This document shows positions 1 to 11,084 of a stretch of DNA of 39,329 bases, piece by piece. The notes under the pieces were generated by a model, which did no database searches, was not told where the DNA came from, and saw only the letters and a program-made list of their open reading frames with translations. A program made the position numbers and the translations under genes. Every line of letters starts with the position of its first letter. Position 1 is the stretch's first letter. The stretch comes from Octopus bimaculoides (lineage: Eukaryota): NCBI RefSeq assembly GCF_001194135.2, contig NC_069005.1, positions 7,961,232-8,000,560 of the forward strand, read 5' to 3'.

Positions 1-310
1 GCTTTTACGTGTCACCCGCACGAAAACGGCCACGCTCGAAATGGTGTCTTTTATGTGCCACCCGCACAAGCCAGTCCAGGGGCACTGGCAACGATCTCGC
101 TCGAAAATCCTACAGGAGCCAGTCAGGCGGTACTGGCAACGGCCACGCTCAAAATGGTGCATCTCATGTGCCACCCGCACAAGAACCAGTCCAGGGGCAC
201 TGGCAACGATCTTACTTGGCTTGCCGGGTCTTCTCACGCACAGCCCATTTCCAAAGGTCTCGGTCCGTAGTCATCGCCTCGGTGAGGCCCAATGTACGAA
301 GGTCTTGCCT
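1..310 (-). mobile_element. RTE-clade LINE 3' end (ORF C-terminus plus repetitive 3' UTR)
   Basis: The minus strand reads RQDLRTLGLTEAMTTDRDLWKWAVREKTRQAK*, an RTE-type C-terminus. Repeated UTR subunits follow (tcgttgccagtgcccctggactgg). The same family recurs at 8039, 19500, 24310, 36095 and 38131. Confidence 0.85.
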
Positions 311-523
311 CATATATAAATATATAATACATATATAAATATATACATATACGATACATATATACAAATATATATACATATATCTGTAGATATACATATT
401 TTTTATAAGGGTTCAATGTGAATTCGTCCTTTAACTGGAATAGTTTCTAAAAAATTGCTAACGTTGTTTCTTCATATTTTAATTTACTGGTGTAAATTAG
501 CGTAGATATGAACATTTATATAA

Positions 524-974
524 GTATATGATTTAACCTATATTAAAAAAATTTCAACAGATTCAATCATATTTTTCGTAAATAGATGAGATTAGATGTT
601 AATATGGATTGAAATGAAAATATTTTTATTCATGTAGCTATACAATCGTTTCATACAGAAAGACAATAGATTCATTTTAAGAATCTTGAGTCGTGTTTTA
701 AATAGACACGACTCAAAGAACAATTACACATTACGAACAGCATACCTATGTAATTCTAATGTCTTTTTAGCTTTTTTTCCTTTCCTTAATTTTGCTACTG
801 ATGAATACTCTTTGACAACCCAGATTCTTAAAATGAATTTATTATCTTTCTGTAAGAAACGATTGTATAGGTACATGAATAAAAATAATTTCAATCCATA
901 TTAACATTTAATCTCCATTTACGAAAAATATGATTGAATTTGTTGAACTTTGCTTTATAAGTTAAATCATATAC
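524..974. mobile_element. Foldback/MITE-like element with ~155-bp inverted arms
   Basis: 524-686 is the reverse complement of 822-974 with few differences (e.g. tcaatcatatttttcgtaaat / atttacgaaaaatatgattga; gtatatgatttaac / gttaaatcatatac). Confidence 0.8.
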
Positions 975-1385
975 AGGAGTGGCTGTGTGGTAAGTAGCTT
1001 GCTTACCAACCACATGGTTCCGGGTTCAGTCCCACTGCGTGGCATCTTGGACAAGTATCTTTTACTATAGCCTCGGGCCGACCAAAACCTTGTGAGTGGA
1101 TTTGGTAGACGGAAACTGAAAGAAGCCCGTCGTATATATGTATATATATATGTATGTGTGTATATGTTGTGTATCTGTGTTTGTCCCCCCCCCCAACATC
1201 GCTTGACAACCGATGCTGGTGTATTTACGTCCCCGTAACTTAGCGGTTCGGCAAAAAGAGCCCGATAGAATAAGTACTAGGCTTCCAAAGAATAAGTCCT
1301 GGGGTCGATTTGATTCGACTAAAGGCGGTGCTCCAGCATGGCCACAGTCAAATGACTGAAACAAGTAAAAGAAAAGAAAGAAAAA
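975..1385 (+). mobile_element. tRNA-derived SINE, family A (full length)
   Basis: The head aggagtggctgtgtggtaag...ggttcagtccc has A/B-box-like motifs, followed by a central (TA)/(TG) microsatellite and the tail ctgaaacaagtaaaaga. More than 12 copies occur in the window. Confidence 0.9.
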
Positions 1386-1402
1386 GAATATAGGTATGAC
1401 TG

Positions 1403-1560
1403 TGGTCATGCCATGTAAAAAGCATTCAGTCCACTCAGCCCTGTATGGTTGGCGTTAGGAAGGGCATCCAGCAGTAAAAACCATTACAGAAGTATGGTGC
1501 AGTCTTTTGCTTGGCCAGCTTCTCTCAAACTGCTAGCATGGAAGGCAGATGTTAAACATT
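1403..1560 (+). mobile_element. Decayed RTE 3' UTR fragment
   Basis: Carries ggttggcgttaggaagggcatccagc...gctagcatggaaggcagatgttaaac, matching the other RTE UTR copies. Confidence 0.7.
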
Positions 1561-1867
1561 TGACTGAGGTGCCATGAAGTGGGACTGAATCTGGAACTAT
1601 ATGTTTGGGAGGCAATTTTTTTAAAAAAAGTATTTGGCTATGCTTGTGCTGTTATAACGCATGGTTGAGAAAGGCATGCATATCATGCAATCTCCCCTCA
1701 GCTACAAAAGAGATATAAGAAATTTGCTGTAGATTAGCAAATACATACCAAAAATTTCATTGTATAATTAACTTGGTGTGACAGATACCATTTAGCAGCT
1801 ATTTGTTAATTGACATACCTGATAAATAAACAAGCAAATAAATAGAAAGATTAATAGACAAATATGT

Positions 1868-2240
1868 GCAGGTGTGGCTGTGTGGTGAGAAGCTTGCTTC
1901 CTAACCACATGCTCCAGGGTTCAGTCCCACTGCATCACACTTTGAGCAAGTGTCTTCTGCTACAGCCTCAAGGTGATCAAAGCTTTGAGTAGATTTCGTA
2001 GACGGAAACTGTAAGAAGCCCATCATGTGTGTGTGTGTGTGTTTGTGTCTGTGCTTGTCTCCCACCACACGTTGTCAGCCAGTGTTTGTGGGTTTATATC
2101 CCTGTAACTTAGCAGTTCAGTAAAAGACACTGATAGAATAAGTACCAAGCTTAGCAAAAAAATTAAGTGCTGGGGTTGATACATTCAACTAAAAATTCTT
2201 CAAGGTAATGCCCCAGTCTGGCCACAAGTAAAAGATAAAA
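1868..2240 (+). mobile_element. SINE family A, diverged copy
   Basis: Same head, body and tail as 975-1385, with many CpG-type substitutions. Confidence 0.85.
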
Positions 2241-2285
2241 TACAGAACATAAACACATGTACACACACAAACATAAACTTTTACT

Positions 2286-3001
2286 NNNNNNNNNNNNNNN
2301 NNNNNNNNNNNNNNNNNNNNNNNNNNNNNNNNNNNNNNNNNNNNNNNNNNNNNNNNNNNNNNNNNNNNNNNNNNNNNNNNNNNNNNNNNNNNNNNNNNNN
2401 NNNNNNNNNNNNNNNNNNNNNNNNNNNNNNNNNNNNNNNNNNNNNNNNNNNNNNNNNNNNNNNNNNNNNNNNNNNNNNNNNNNNNNNNNNNNNNNNNNNN
2501 NNNNNNNNNNNNNNNNNNNNNNNNNNNNNNNNNNNNNNNNNNNNNNNNNNNNNNNNNNNNNNNNNNNNNNNNNNNNNNNNNNNNNNNNNNNNNNNNNNNN
2601 NNNNNNNNNNNNNNNNNNNNNNNNNNNNNNNNNNNNNNNNNNNNNNNNNNNNNNNNNNNNNNNNNNNNNNNNNNNNNNNNNNNNNNNNNNNNNNNNNNNN
2701 NNNNNNNNNNNNNNNNNNNNNNNNNNNNNNNNNNNNNNNNNNNNNNNNNNNNNNNNNNNNNNNNNNNNNNNNNNNNNNNNNNNNNNNNNNNNNNNNNNNN
2801 NNNNNNNNNNNNNNNNNNNNNNNNNNNNNNNNNNNNNNNNNNNNNNNNNNNNNNNNNNNNNNNNNNNNNNNNNNNNNNNNNNNNNNNNNNNNNNNNNNNN
2901 NNNNNNNNNNNNNNNNNNNNNNNNNNNNNNNNNNNNNNNNNNNNNNNNNNNNNNNNNNNNNNNNNNNNNNNNNNNNNNNNNNNNNNNNNNNNNNNNNNNN
3001 N
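2286..3001. other. Assembly gap (N run)
   Basis: N bases. The other gaps are 4048-4147, 6248-6257, 17160-17259, 18819-18951, 30253-30672, 32952-32998, 35810-35881 and 37094-38063. Several abut (TA)n tracts. Confidence 1.
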
Positions 3002-3097
3002 GGGGGGGGGGCTAATCAATTACATTGATCTCAGGGCTTAACTGATATTTATTCTATTGACTCTGAAAGGATGAAAGGCAAAGCTGGATCTCAGGTA

Positions 3098-3201
3098 TGG
3101 TCATGCCATGTAAAAAGCATTCAGTCCACTCAGGCCTGTATGGTTGGCGTTAGGAAGGGCATCCAGCAGTAAAAACCATTACAGAAGTATGGTGCAGTCT
3201 T
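3098..3201 (+). repeat. 104-bp direct duplicate of 1403-1506
   Basis: Identical except cagccc versus caggcc (103/104). Confidence 0.9.
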
Positions 3202-3359
3202 AAATATTAGGTATAATGTCTATCCAGTATAATGTAATCCTGGATACCTAGAAAAAAATTAACTGGAATGCCATAGGTCTGCTCAAACAGGGTGGGCCTG
3301 GGCAAAACAAAAATTAACATGTGTAGGCATGGTTGTGTGGTCCCTCAACAGGGAGAGGA

Positions 3360-3577
3360 AGGCTTGCTTTTCCTGCGTAGTAGCCATACTGAAAGAAACA
3401 GTATGGAAGACGCGTGTAAGAGGCATAGTGACGGATACCTTTGTATCTGGCCAGGGGTTAGTTGACTTTTTTTGTTACCACCTTAGTAGTAAGATCAGGC
3501 TGGAGAAGAGGTGCGACAGATTCATGAGAAGATGGAAGCCTGTGGCGAGGAAGCTGGGAGTGTTTGGCACCAGGTAA
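3360..3577 (+). mobile_element. Possible Tx1/L1-clade LINE ORF2 C-terminal remnant
   Basis: The frame ...VVAILKETVWKTRVRGIVTDTFVSGQGLVDFFCYHLSSKIRLEK...FMRRW resembles the Tx1-like C-terminus (K..VW..R...F..RW). Recalled similarity only. Confidence 0.4.
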
Positions 3578-3824
3578 GTGGAAGCCAAGAACAAGGGAAA
3601 GAAAAAGCAAGGGGTCTACCCTGGTGGTCAGATGCCTATCCTTCAGGAAAGCCATTACAAATTGCATCTGTAATGAGCAATGATTCAATCGAACATTGTA
3701 AATAATTTTTATTTTGTATTTAAATTTGTAAATATTTAATCGATACAGCTTCTTCACCCCTTTTATGCTTGTCTGTCCTTGTTCGCCCCCTCTTTGTAAT
3801 GCCTTTATGGCAAATATTTATGAA

Positions 3825-4210
3825 ATAAAGAAGCTTGTTTGCCAACCAAATGGTTCAGAGTTCAGTCCTACTGGGTAAGTATCTTCTACTATAGCCTTGG
3901 GCTGACCAAAAGCCTTGTGAGTGGATTCAGTAGATGGATACTGAAAGAAGCCTGTCATATATGTAATATATACGTGTGTCTGTGTCTGTATTTGTCCCCA
4001 CCCAGACTGCTTGACAACCAGTACTGAGCGGTTCAGCAAAATCAACCNNNNNNNNNNNNNNNNNNNNNNNNNNNNNNNNNNNNNNNNNNNNNNNNNNNNN
4101 NNNNNNNNNNNNNNNNNNNNNNNNNNNNNNNNNNNNNNNNNNNNNNNTTCTTCAAGGTGGTGCCCCAGCATGGCCGCATCCTAATGATTGAAACAAGATA
4201 AAAGTAGAAG
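3825..4210 (+). mobile_element. SINE family A, diverged, interrupted by a gap
   Basis: The body aaagccttgtgagtggattcagtagatgga and the tail gccccagcatggccgc...gaaacaagataaaag are present. Confidence 0.8.
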
Positions 4211-4819
4211 GGTTTAAAAAATAAAAGAAGCCAATAAGGGACAACTATGTGGTTGCTCAACCTGCTAGAAACAGCAGTCTCATCTTTACAGGCAAAACAT
4301 TTTAGTTCTGGATATAAAAAATAAGTGTGGCTGATCACAGTTAGAAACTCTGGGTTAATGGACAGTAGAGTGGCGGTTACATCCATATTGACCTCATTAT
4401 TGAAGCTAGGACAAACCTACACAAGTATACTCCACCGAAGTTGTTTCCTCATGACTTTCAGAAAAATTGGTATTTCTTCTAGTGAAATCTTTTACAAATA
4501 CTCTTCAGATGGTAGACATTACGATAATATCGGAATTTAATATGAACAAGAAAAACAAATGGTGACTACGCACATCACTTATCTACAAAATGAAGTTTGA
4601 AATGTTGTAGATATGAATGGAATGTGTGTCACTTTCATCGTTAGAGAGGGGAAAGGCGGTGAGCTGGTCGAAAGGCTTAGAAGGAAGATTTATATATCAT
4701 TGTTAGCCATTTTATGATCTCATTCATTGAGAGGAAGAGCAAAATTTCACAATTATTGGTAGAGATGGTATTTGTCAGTGAAAGACTGGTTGTCGCGATG
4801 GGTGGAGGACGACACAAAG

Positions 4820-5070
4820 GCACACACACATATACATATATATGACGGGCTTCTTTCAGTTTCCCTCTACCAATTCCATTCAAAAGATTTTGCTCGGCTC
4901 GGGGGTTATAGTAGAAGACACGGCGAAGGTAAAGAAGACGCACACCCGATGATTAGAGTTAGAATTTTTCTTTGGCCCTGGACGATTGTTGTGCGTATTC
5001 TATACCTCCGCCGAAGACACTTGTCCTGAACCGGGAACCATGTAGTTGGAAATTAAACATCTTACCATAT
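4820..5070 (-). mobile_element. SINE family A 5' half, disrupted by a MITE
   Basis: gacgggcttctttcagtttcc...tagtagaagacac[insert]ttgtcctgaaccgggaaccatg. Confidence 0.8.
4922..5012. mobile_element. 91-bp Merlin-like MITE
   Basis: A perfect 8-bp TSD gaagacac (4914-4921 and 5013-5020) flanks GG...CC termini with a 22-bp imperfect TIR (19/22). The host SINE has the site only once in uninterrupted copies. Confidence 0.8.
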
Positions 5071-6789
5071 ATAAGGAAAAAACAATCTACAGACTGCAAC
5101 AGTCAATAAAATAGAAATAAAATTTCAAAGTTTATTGTTTGTGTACGGCTCAGTGACTGGGACCTCTGCCATAAAGCATCCGGGGTGACCTTGTTACTGA
5201 AGTTCTGTCAATCAATTATATTGATTACATTCCTAGTTAATAAGAGCAAAACATGGTTACTAACTATCCAAGTGCATTGAATGCTAATCGAAGATTACGA
5301 TTAACAGCAAATAAACGAAACAAATTAATTTTCAGCCAAAGTATTTGCCTTGTTCGTCGCATTTGAATCTGATACCACAAAAATACTTCGTTTGTTTTTG
5401 TTTTTTTAACTTGGAAAACATTTCTGATAAAATAAATGCTTTCACTTTCAACAAGACCTAAACTATTATTTAAATAGCAACCTGTAATAGAAATAATTAG
5501 ATATAGTGAAATGAAATTTGGGAAGAAAAAAATACACACTTGCTTATTAAGTTAATGAGTCGAAGTCAGAAGCATGCTGTACGGCTGGACGGTGTTTAAT
5601 ATAATTAGTTCCTCATGAATAAAAGCTTTGTAATTGTAACACCTGTGTGCAATCCCTTGTACCCAGCTACCAAAATATGTTGAAATATTATCACTATTAT
5701 CCAATACGAGGAATGGGGCTCTCTGATATATTATCATTATAATCCATTAAGAGGAACGGTCGTTCGTTTTACCAAAAATAACAGCCAAATTACTTTCAAC
5801 TACAATCAAAAGTTTGACTAATTATGTTTTGTTTCTCTCAAAGGTTTATACACCCTGCTGTGTTAACCGATATACGCAGTGACCAAAAGGATAGGATAAT
5901 CCTGTCTGGAATGCCTTTAATTATAGATCCACGGAGTCAATGTTAATCTGGATTTAATTAACAATAATAATATCAACATGCAAAATTATATCAGAAGTAT
6001 AGTTTTTACCAACTTTCAGATTAATCCATAAAAGGCTGGCGTTTGCCTTTGCATAGCATGGACTGCTGAGCTACCATGGACTACCATGCACACATAAGAA
6101 ACAAAAATTAGTTAAAATATCTTCTCAGTACATAGTGGCGGCAAGTTTTACATAATCTGAAAAGTCATTAGTTGAACTATTAGTCCGCTTGCATTCTAGT
6201 GGGGTGCGTATCTGAGCGTTTGAGTGACATTAGACCTCAACAAACACNNNNNNNNNNTTCTAGTGGGGTGCGTATCTGAGCGTTTGAGTGACATTAGACC
6301 TCAACAAACACCCATAAATTAAATGCATCTATCTGGGCCATGATCGTGGCCTGTCGTGCTTTATGTGTTAAGGTTTGTTGCTGGAAGAAAACGAAAAAGA
6401 TCCCAACTTTTCTTGGTATCTCTATTGTTAATTTTAGTTATCTAGATGATTTTGGTCGATGGTTTTTGAAGATGTTCGGGCTGGTCGGAGGAGATGGACC
6501 ACTGACCTGCAAGTTTTTTACTTTTTGGCTTCCCACCTCACTAAAATATCAGATAATGTTTGGAGGGTGCATAGCTGTTGTCTTGCCTTGCAATTTCCTG
6601 TGGTAATACCTTAAGAGTTTTCGCTTTGACTCTAAATTTTTATTTTAGAGGATAACGTTAGTTTCATGACATTGTGTCTAATTAAGAAGATTGTGCATCT
6701 CTCTTTATTAAATACTGATTTCCATTATTTTTAGTCCCCTTTTTCTTGTTGTTTTCTTACTGTTTACTTTTGTAAGTCGTGTTCTATAT

Positions 6790-6870
6790 CAGTGGTTCCC
6801 AAACTTTTTCAGGCTACCACCCCCATGACACCCAGACCACATTTCTAGCGCCCCCACCCCAACTAACCAT
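6790..6870 (+). mobile_element. hAT (Charlie-like) terminal fragment
   Basis: Begins CAGTGGTTCCCAAACTTTTT, a typical hAT-Charlie terminus. No partner end was found. Confidence 0.45.
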
Positions 6871-8038
6871 CACAAACACAGGCTTCTTTCTCATGTAGTT
6901 TTGTATGCCAATTATGAAAATAAAATTAATTTTCGCCATAAACTAATAAATAGAAAGGTAATACCTTTTAAAACTTGCTAATTTTGGGTAATTTTAGCCA
7001 ATCAAAAGCCACAGACACATTGGTGCCTATTTCCATAGTAACAAGACAAACTGTAGTCTGCTTAAAACTACCACTAGGTGCATTTTCTTTACCTGTGCAT
7101 TTTCTTTGAAAAGTGCCAATTTTCTGGACTATTGTACTTCATTTTCATCATTTTCACGTTTTTTTCTTTTTTGAGAAGCAGATACATTCAGTTACTGCCT
7201 TGTCACAACTTCATTTTCATAATTTTCAACTGTTTTCCTTTAACTCTAAATCATATCTCTATCCCTAGAGCTTAATTCTCACCCTAAACCTGAATTCTAA
7301 CCTTATATCCTAACCCTAAGCCCTAAAGTACAGTTTATTTGTTTTGTAATATTTAGCAAAAACATTTTATGGAGGATTTTTTCCTTTCAAACTTATTTAT
7401 ATGCTTATCCAACTATTTCACATTACTTTATTCATAAAATTTATTTAAACTTTAAAACTTCTTATAACTGTTGTCATTGCAATGTTTTTTGCTTTCATTT
7501 TGTGATAGACAGCTATAACGCAGAAAGTACCAGCTTCCAAATCCTGTTTTCTGATTGGATGAAGACTACCAAACTTTAAACCTTTTGTAACATTTTACTA
7601 AAAAAAATTTTTGGAAAAAGTGAAAAACAAAGATTCAGTGTGAAAAATCACATCAATATCCTAAAGTTGAAAAATTTTCCACTAAATTTTAAAATTTCAA
7701 AAACTGTGACAGCAACAGTAAAAATCCCAGCTCACTGCCTTAAATATTATAGTAAAATTCCTAGAGAAAATTAATGATTTCTCTAAAAAAAGTTTCAGGG
7801 GATTGACAATATCAGAAGAGAAAAGTGGGAAACAAAATGCTTTGCAACATTTAGTTTGGATCTTCGCATTCTGAGTTCAAAATAAGATCAAGGTGAACTT
7901 TACGTTTTATCCTTCTGGTTTCTATAAAACACGAACCAGTTCAGTTAATCCCTTATTTCCAAAATGAATGATTTTGTGTCTATGTTAAAAATCATTATTT
8001 GTGTAGCATTATTGAGTCTATTGAACTGCAGTCCTTTG

Positions 8039-8345
8039 CATCATCATCATCATCATCGTTTAACGTCCGCTTTCCATGCTAGCATGGGTTGGACGATTTG
8101 ACTGAGGACTAGTGAACCAGATGGCTACACCAGGCTCCAATCTGACCTGGCAGAGTTTCTACAGCTGGATGCCCTTCCTAACGCCAACCACTCCGAGAGT
8201 GTAGTAGGTGCTTTTACGTGTCACCGGTATGAAGGCCAGTCATGCAGTACTGGCAACGGCCATGCTCAAAATGGTGTATTTTATGTGCCACCCGCACAAG
8301 AGCCAGTCCAGGGGCACTGGCAACGATCTCGCTCGAAAGTCCTTA
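8039..8345 (-). mobile_element. RTE 3' UTR with (GAT)n tail
   Basis: (CAT)n cgtttaacgtccgctttccatgctagcatggg... in the reverse orientation. Confidence 0.85.
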
Positions 8346-8659
8346 CACATGCCGCGGGCACAAGTGCCAGAAAGGCGACGCTGGACACATCATGAGTTTA
8401 AATTTGGCTGAGATCAGTTATCATTCTGAAGGATGACAGATAAAGTTTCATAAAATTATAAACAGTTGAGTAATAGGGCCGATAACAGTGACTCTATCCT
8501 TCTCCCAAAATGTTTCTATGTAAGAAGTCAAGGACAATGGATTGGTCAGAGCATTTGGCAAAATGTGTTAAAATTCTGAGATGAATATTGCCTTTCATTC
8601 AAGAGTACCAGTTAAGTACTGGGAATGGGTATAATAGACTGACCTTCAGCCCTTGAGCA

Positions 8660-8870
8660 GGACGGCAGAATTGTTAGCTCGTTAAACAAAGTGCTTGGTG
8701 ACAATTCTTCGGTATCCTTATGTTTTGAGTTCAAATTCCTCCGAGGTTGACTGTGCCCTTCATCCTTTTGAAGATCAATAAAATAAGTACCATTTGGGTC
8801 AATGCAATTAACTTACCCCTCCCCTCAAAAACTGGTGGCCCTTTGCCAAAACTTGAAACTGTTATTACGA
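8660..8870 (+). mobile_element. tRNA-derived SINE, family B (diverged)
   Basis: gagttcaaattcc...ttcatcctt...aaataagtacc. The central block resembles the Meta-type SINE domain (recalled). Confidence 0.75.
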
Positions 8871-9379
8871 GTGCTCTAACACCTTATGCTCATTTTTGCT
8901 GGGTCGGCATCATGGGTTGCACTCTCAAACTCTCACATTGTGATTTGGTGATAATCCTCATTTTCTCTCCCTCTCTCACACACAAAAAACTGTTACTGCA
9001 TTCAGGTCAGTTTTCTCCATGTTGGGGAGAAAATGAAAAACATTTTTGAATGGAAGCTACTTGAATTGACTTTGAATTTATCCTCCCAAGCTGGAGGACA
9101 AAATAGGAAAAGAACCTCACCAGTCAACAGCAATCAACTTGTCCACGAGAGTATACATTTCAAATGTGAGGTGAAGCATGTATTTGAAGTGTAAAGGACA
9201 GAGAAAGTCTCTTACCTTGGCTTGGCAAACAACGCTAGAACGTAACTACTCAACCATGGACTGGAACTTGCTGTGCAAGCCTCTCTCCCCTACCCACTAG
9301 CTAGTAGATAGAATACCCGAGGATCCTGTACTCACACATATCTGTTCTCAAGGACTTGCCAATGCAAAAAAAAGGGACC

Positions 9380-9800
9380 CTCTGACTGCCTTCTTCACCA
9401 CTTGACATCACTTAACCTTTCACGTCCAGTCCACTAGCCATTATACTCTTCCCCCTCCATTCTATAGATCACTTCACAAAGCTTTTGTTTCACTTCAAAG
9501 GTGTCCATCCACCTAAGTTCGCATCACTTTTTTGTGGCCTTTGCAAGGTTGTGGTGTTGGCTTTGTCCTCTCTTTGGATTTTGTTGCCTCAGGAGTTGAC
9601 AAACCTATGAACGTCCAGAATGTGATGCAGCATTCCATCAACTGACACAATGTTTCTAAAGATCTCTGTTGTCACAATTCCTCTCCGACATGGAGTCGTT
9701 CCCGATCTAAATGAATACAGGTCCTACCTCTTCTCAAAGACACTACAGTGCAGTGTTTTGGTGTTTCCATTTGTATCCAAACACTTCCCTTTGTGGAACC
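9380..9800 (-). mobile_element. Possible very old RTE-like ORF remnant
   Basis: Frame-switching motifs occur in RTE order: IVTTEIFR, QL-W..HHIL, RP..LRWMDT, VVKKAVR. There are many stops. Confidence 0.3.
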
Positions 9801-10194
9801 CATTTCTCAGCTTGTCCTACACTGGGTGACATATTGTACCAGAAGGCTATGTGGTTTACAAGCTTGATTCCTAACTAATGTGGCCTTGGGTTCAGTACTA
9901 CTGCACAGTACCTTGAGCAAGTGTCTTCTACAATAGCTGTAGGGAAGCCTATCATACATAGATAGTGGTCAAGCCAAAATCATTACGAGCTGAGTCAAAT
10001 GTAAATACAAGAGACTGCAGGCCTATTTCTGAGTGACTGACGAGATTGCAATCGTCAGCGTATAAGAGTTCCCAAAATCACATTCCACCCTTTTTGAATT
10101 GATAAACTAAGTACCACTTCAACACTGAGTCAATCTAATCCCTTGCCCCTCAAAATCACCGACCTTCTGCCAATATTAGAAAGCATTATTTTAA

Positions 10195-11010
10195 ATCACA
10201 CCCCATGGGATTTAATCGAAATTTGTAACAGGTTGAGTGAGTAAGTAGAGCCTCTGTTGTTGGTTTGTAGTCAAGAACATGTTCTCTGGTAGGATTTGAA
10301 CCTTACGTTTATTGCATTGCAGCTGACTATGTTACCACAAACCATTTGCCTTCTTGTCATTGTCACTCAGCTGCCACACTTACAACTCCCCCAATTATTT
10401 GTTCTTTCATTTTCTTGACTGTTACACCTGTTTCAAACATTTAACATATTTATGTGAACCACATCTTGATTTTAGTCTGCCTACTTTCTCTTTCTCACTG
10501 AGTTAGTTTTTCTTCCTTTTTACTTCACTTCTGTCCACATAGTTGATTGTCTTCCTCAAGTTTTCTATTAATCCTAGTATAGTTATTTATCTCTCAAAGT
10601 CATATCTGCTACATTACTCCATATATGCATTGTTTCCTGTGTGTTTGCGTCAATGGTGAGATGTCTAAGTACACTATCACATCAATTAGATATGTACCAC
10701 TTCAACAATGAGTCAATGTGATCCCTTTCCACTCAAAATCGCTGACCTTCAGCCAATATTAGAAAGAATTATTTTGAAACTTTCATTGCAAAATTAAATT
10801 TCATAATTTTGTATAATTACTCTCTTTACTCTTTTACTTGTTTCAGGCGCAGGAGTGGCTGTGTGGTAAGTAGCTTGCTTACCATCCACATGGTTCCGGG
10901 TTCATTCCCACTGCGTGGCACCTTGAGCAAGTGTCTTCTACTATAGCCTCGGGCCGACCAAAGCCTTGTTAGTGGATTTGGTAGATGGAAACTGAAAGAA
11001 GCCCGTCGTA

Positions 11011-11084
<74 letters not shown>

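Noticed and set aside
1-310. CRISPR-like repeat/spacer pattern in reiterated units (also 19500-19800, 24480-24760, 28280-28354)
   Set aside because: The units are degenerate RTE 3' UTR subrepeats or a minisatellite without unique spacers, in a eukaryotic context with no cas genes.
2189-3019. Long ORFs in the track (also 30147-30788, 36834-38186, 37036-38310 and others)
   Set aside because: Their length comes from N runs translated as X. Only the MIF-like exon inside 36834-38186 is real.
5552-5737. ORF with SWVQGIAHRCYNY as a Penelope RT remnant
   Set aside because: The similarity is too short to support by eye.
6194-6311. Exact 54-bp direct repeat (6194-6247 / 6258-6311)
   Set aside because: The copies flank a 10-N gap and are identical, which is typical of an unmerged contig overlap.
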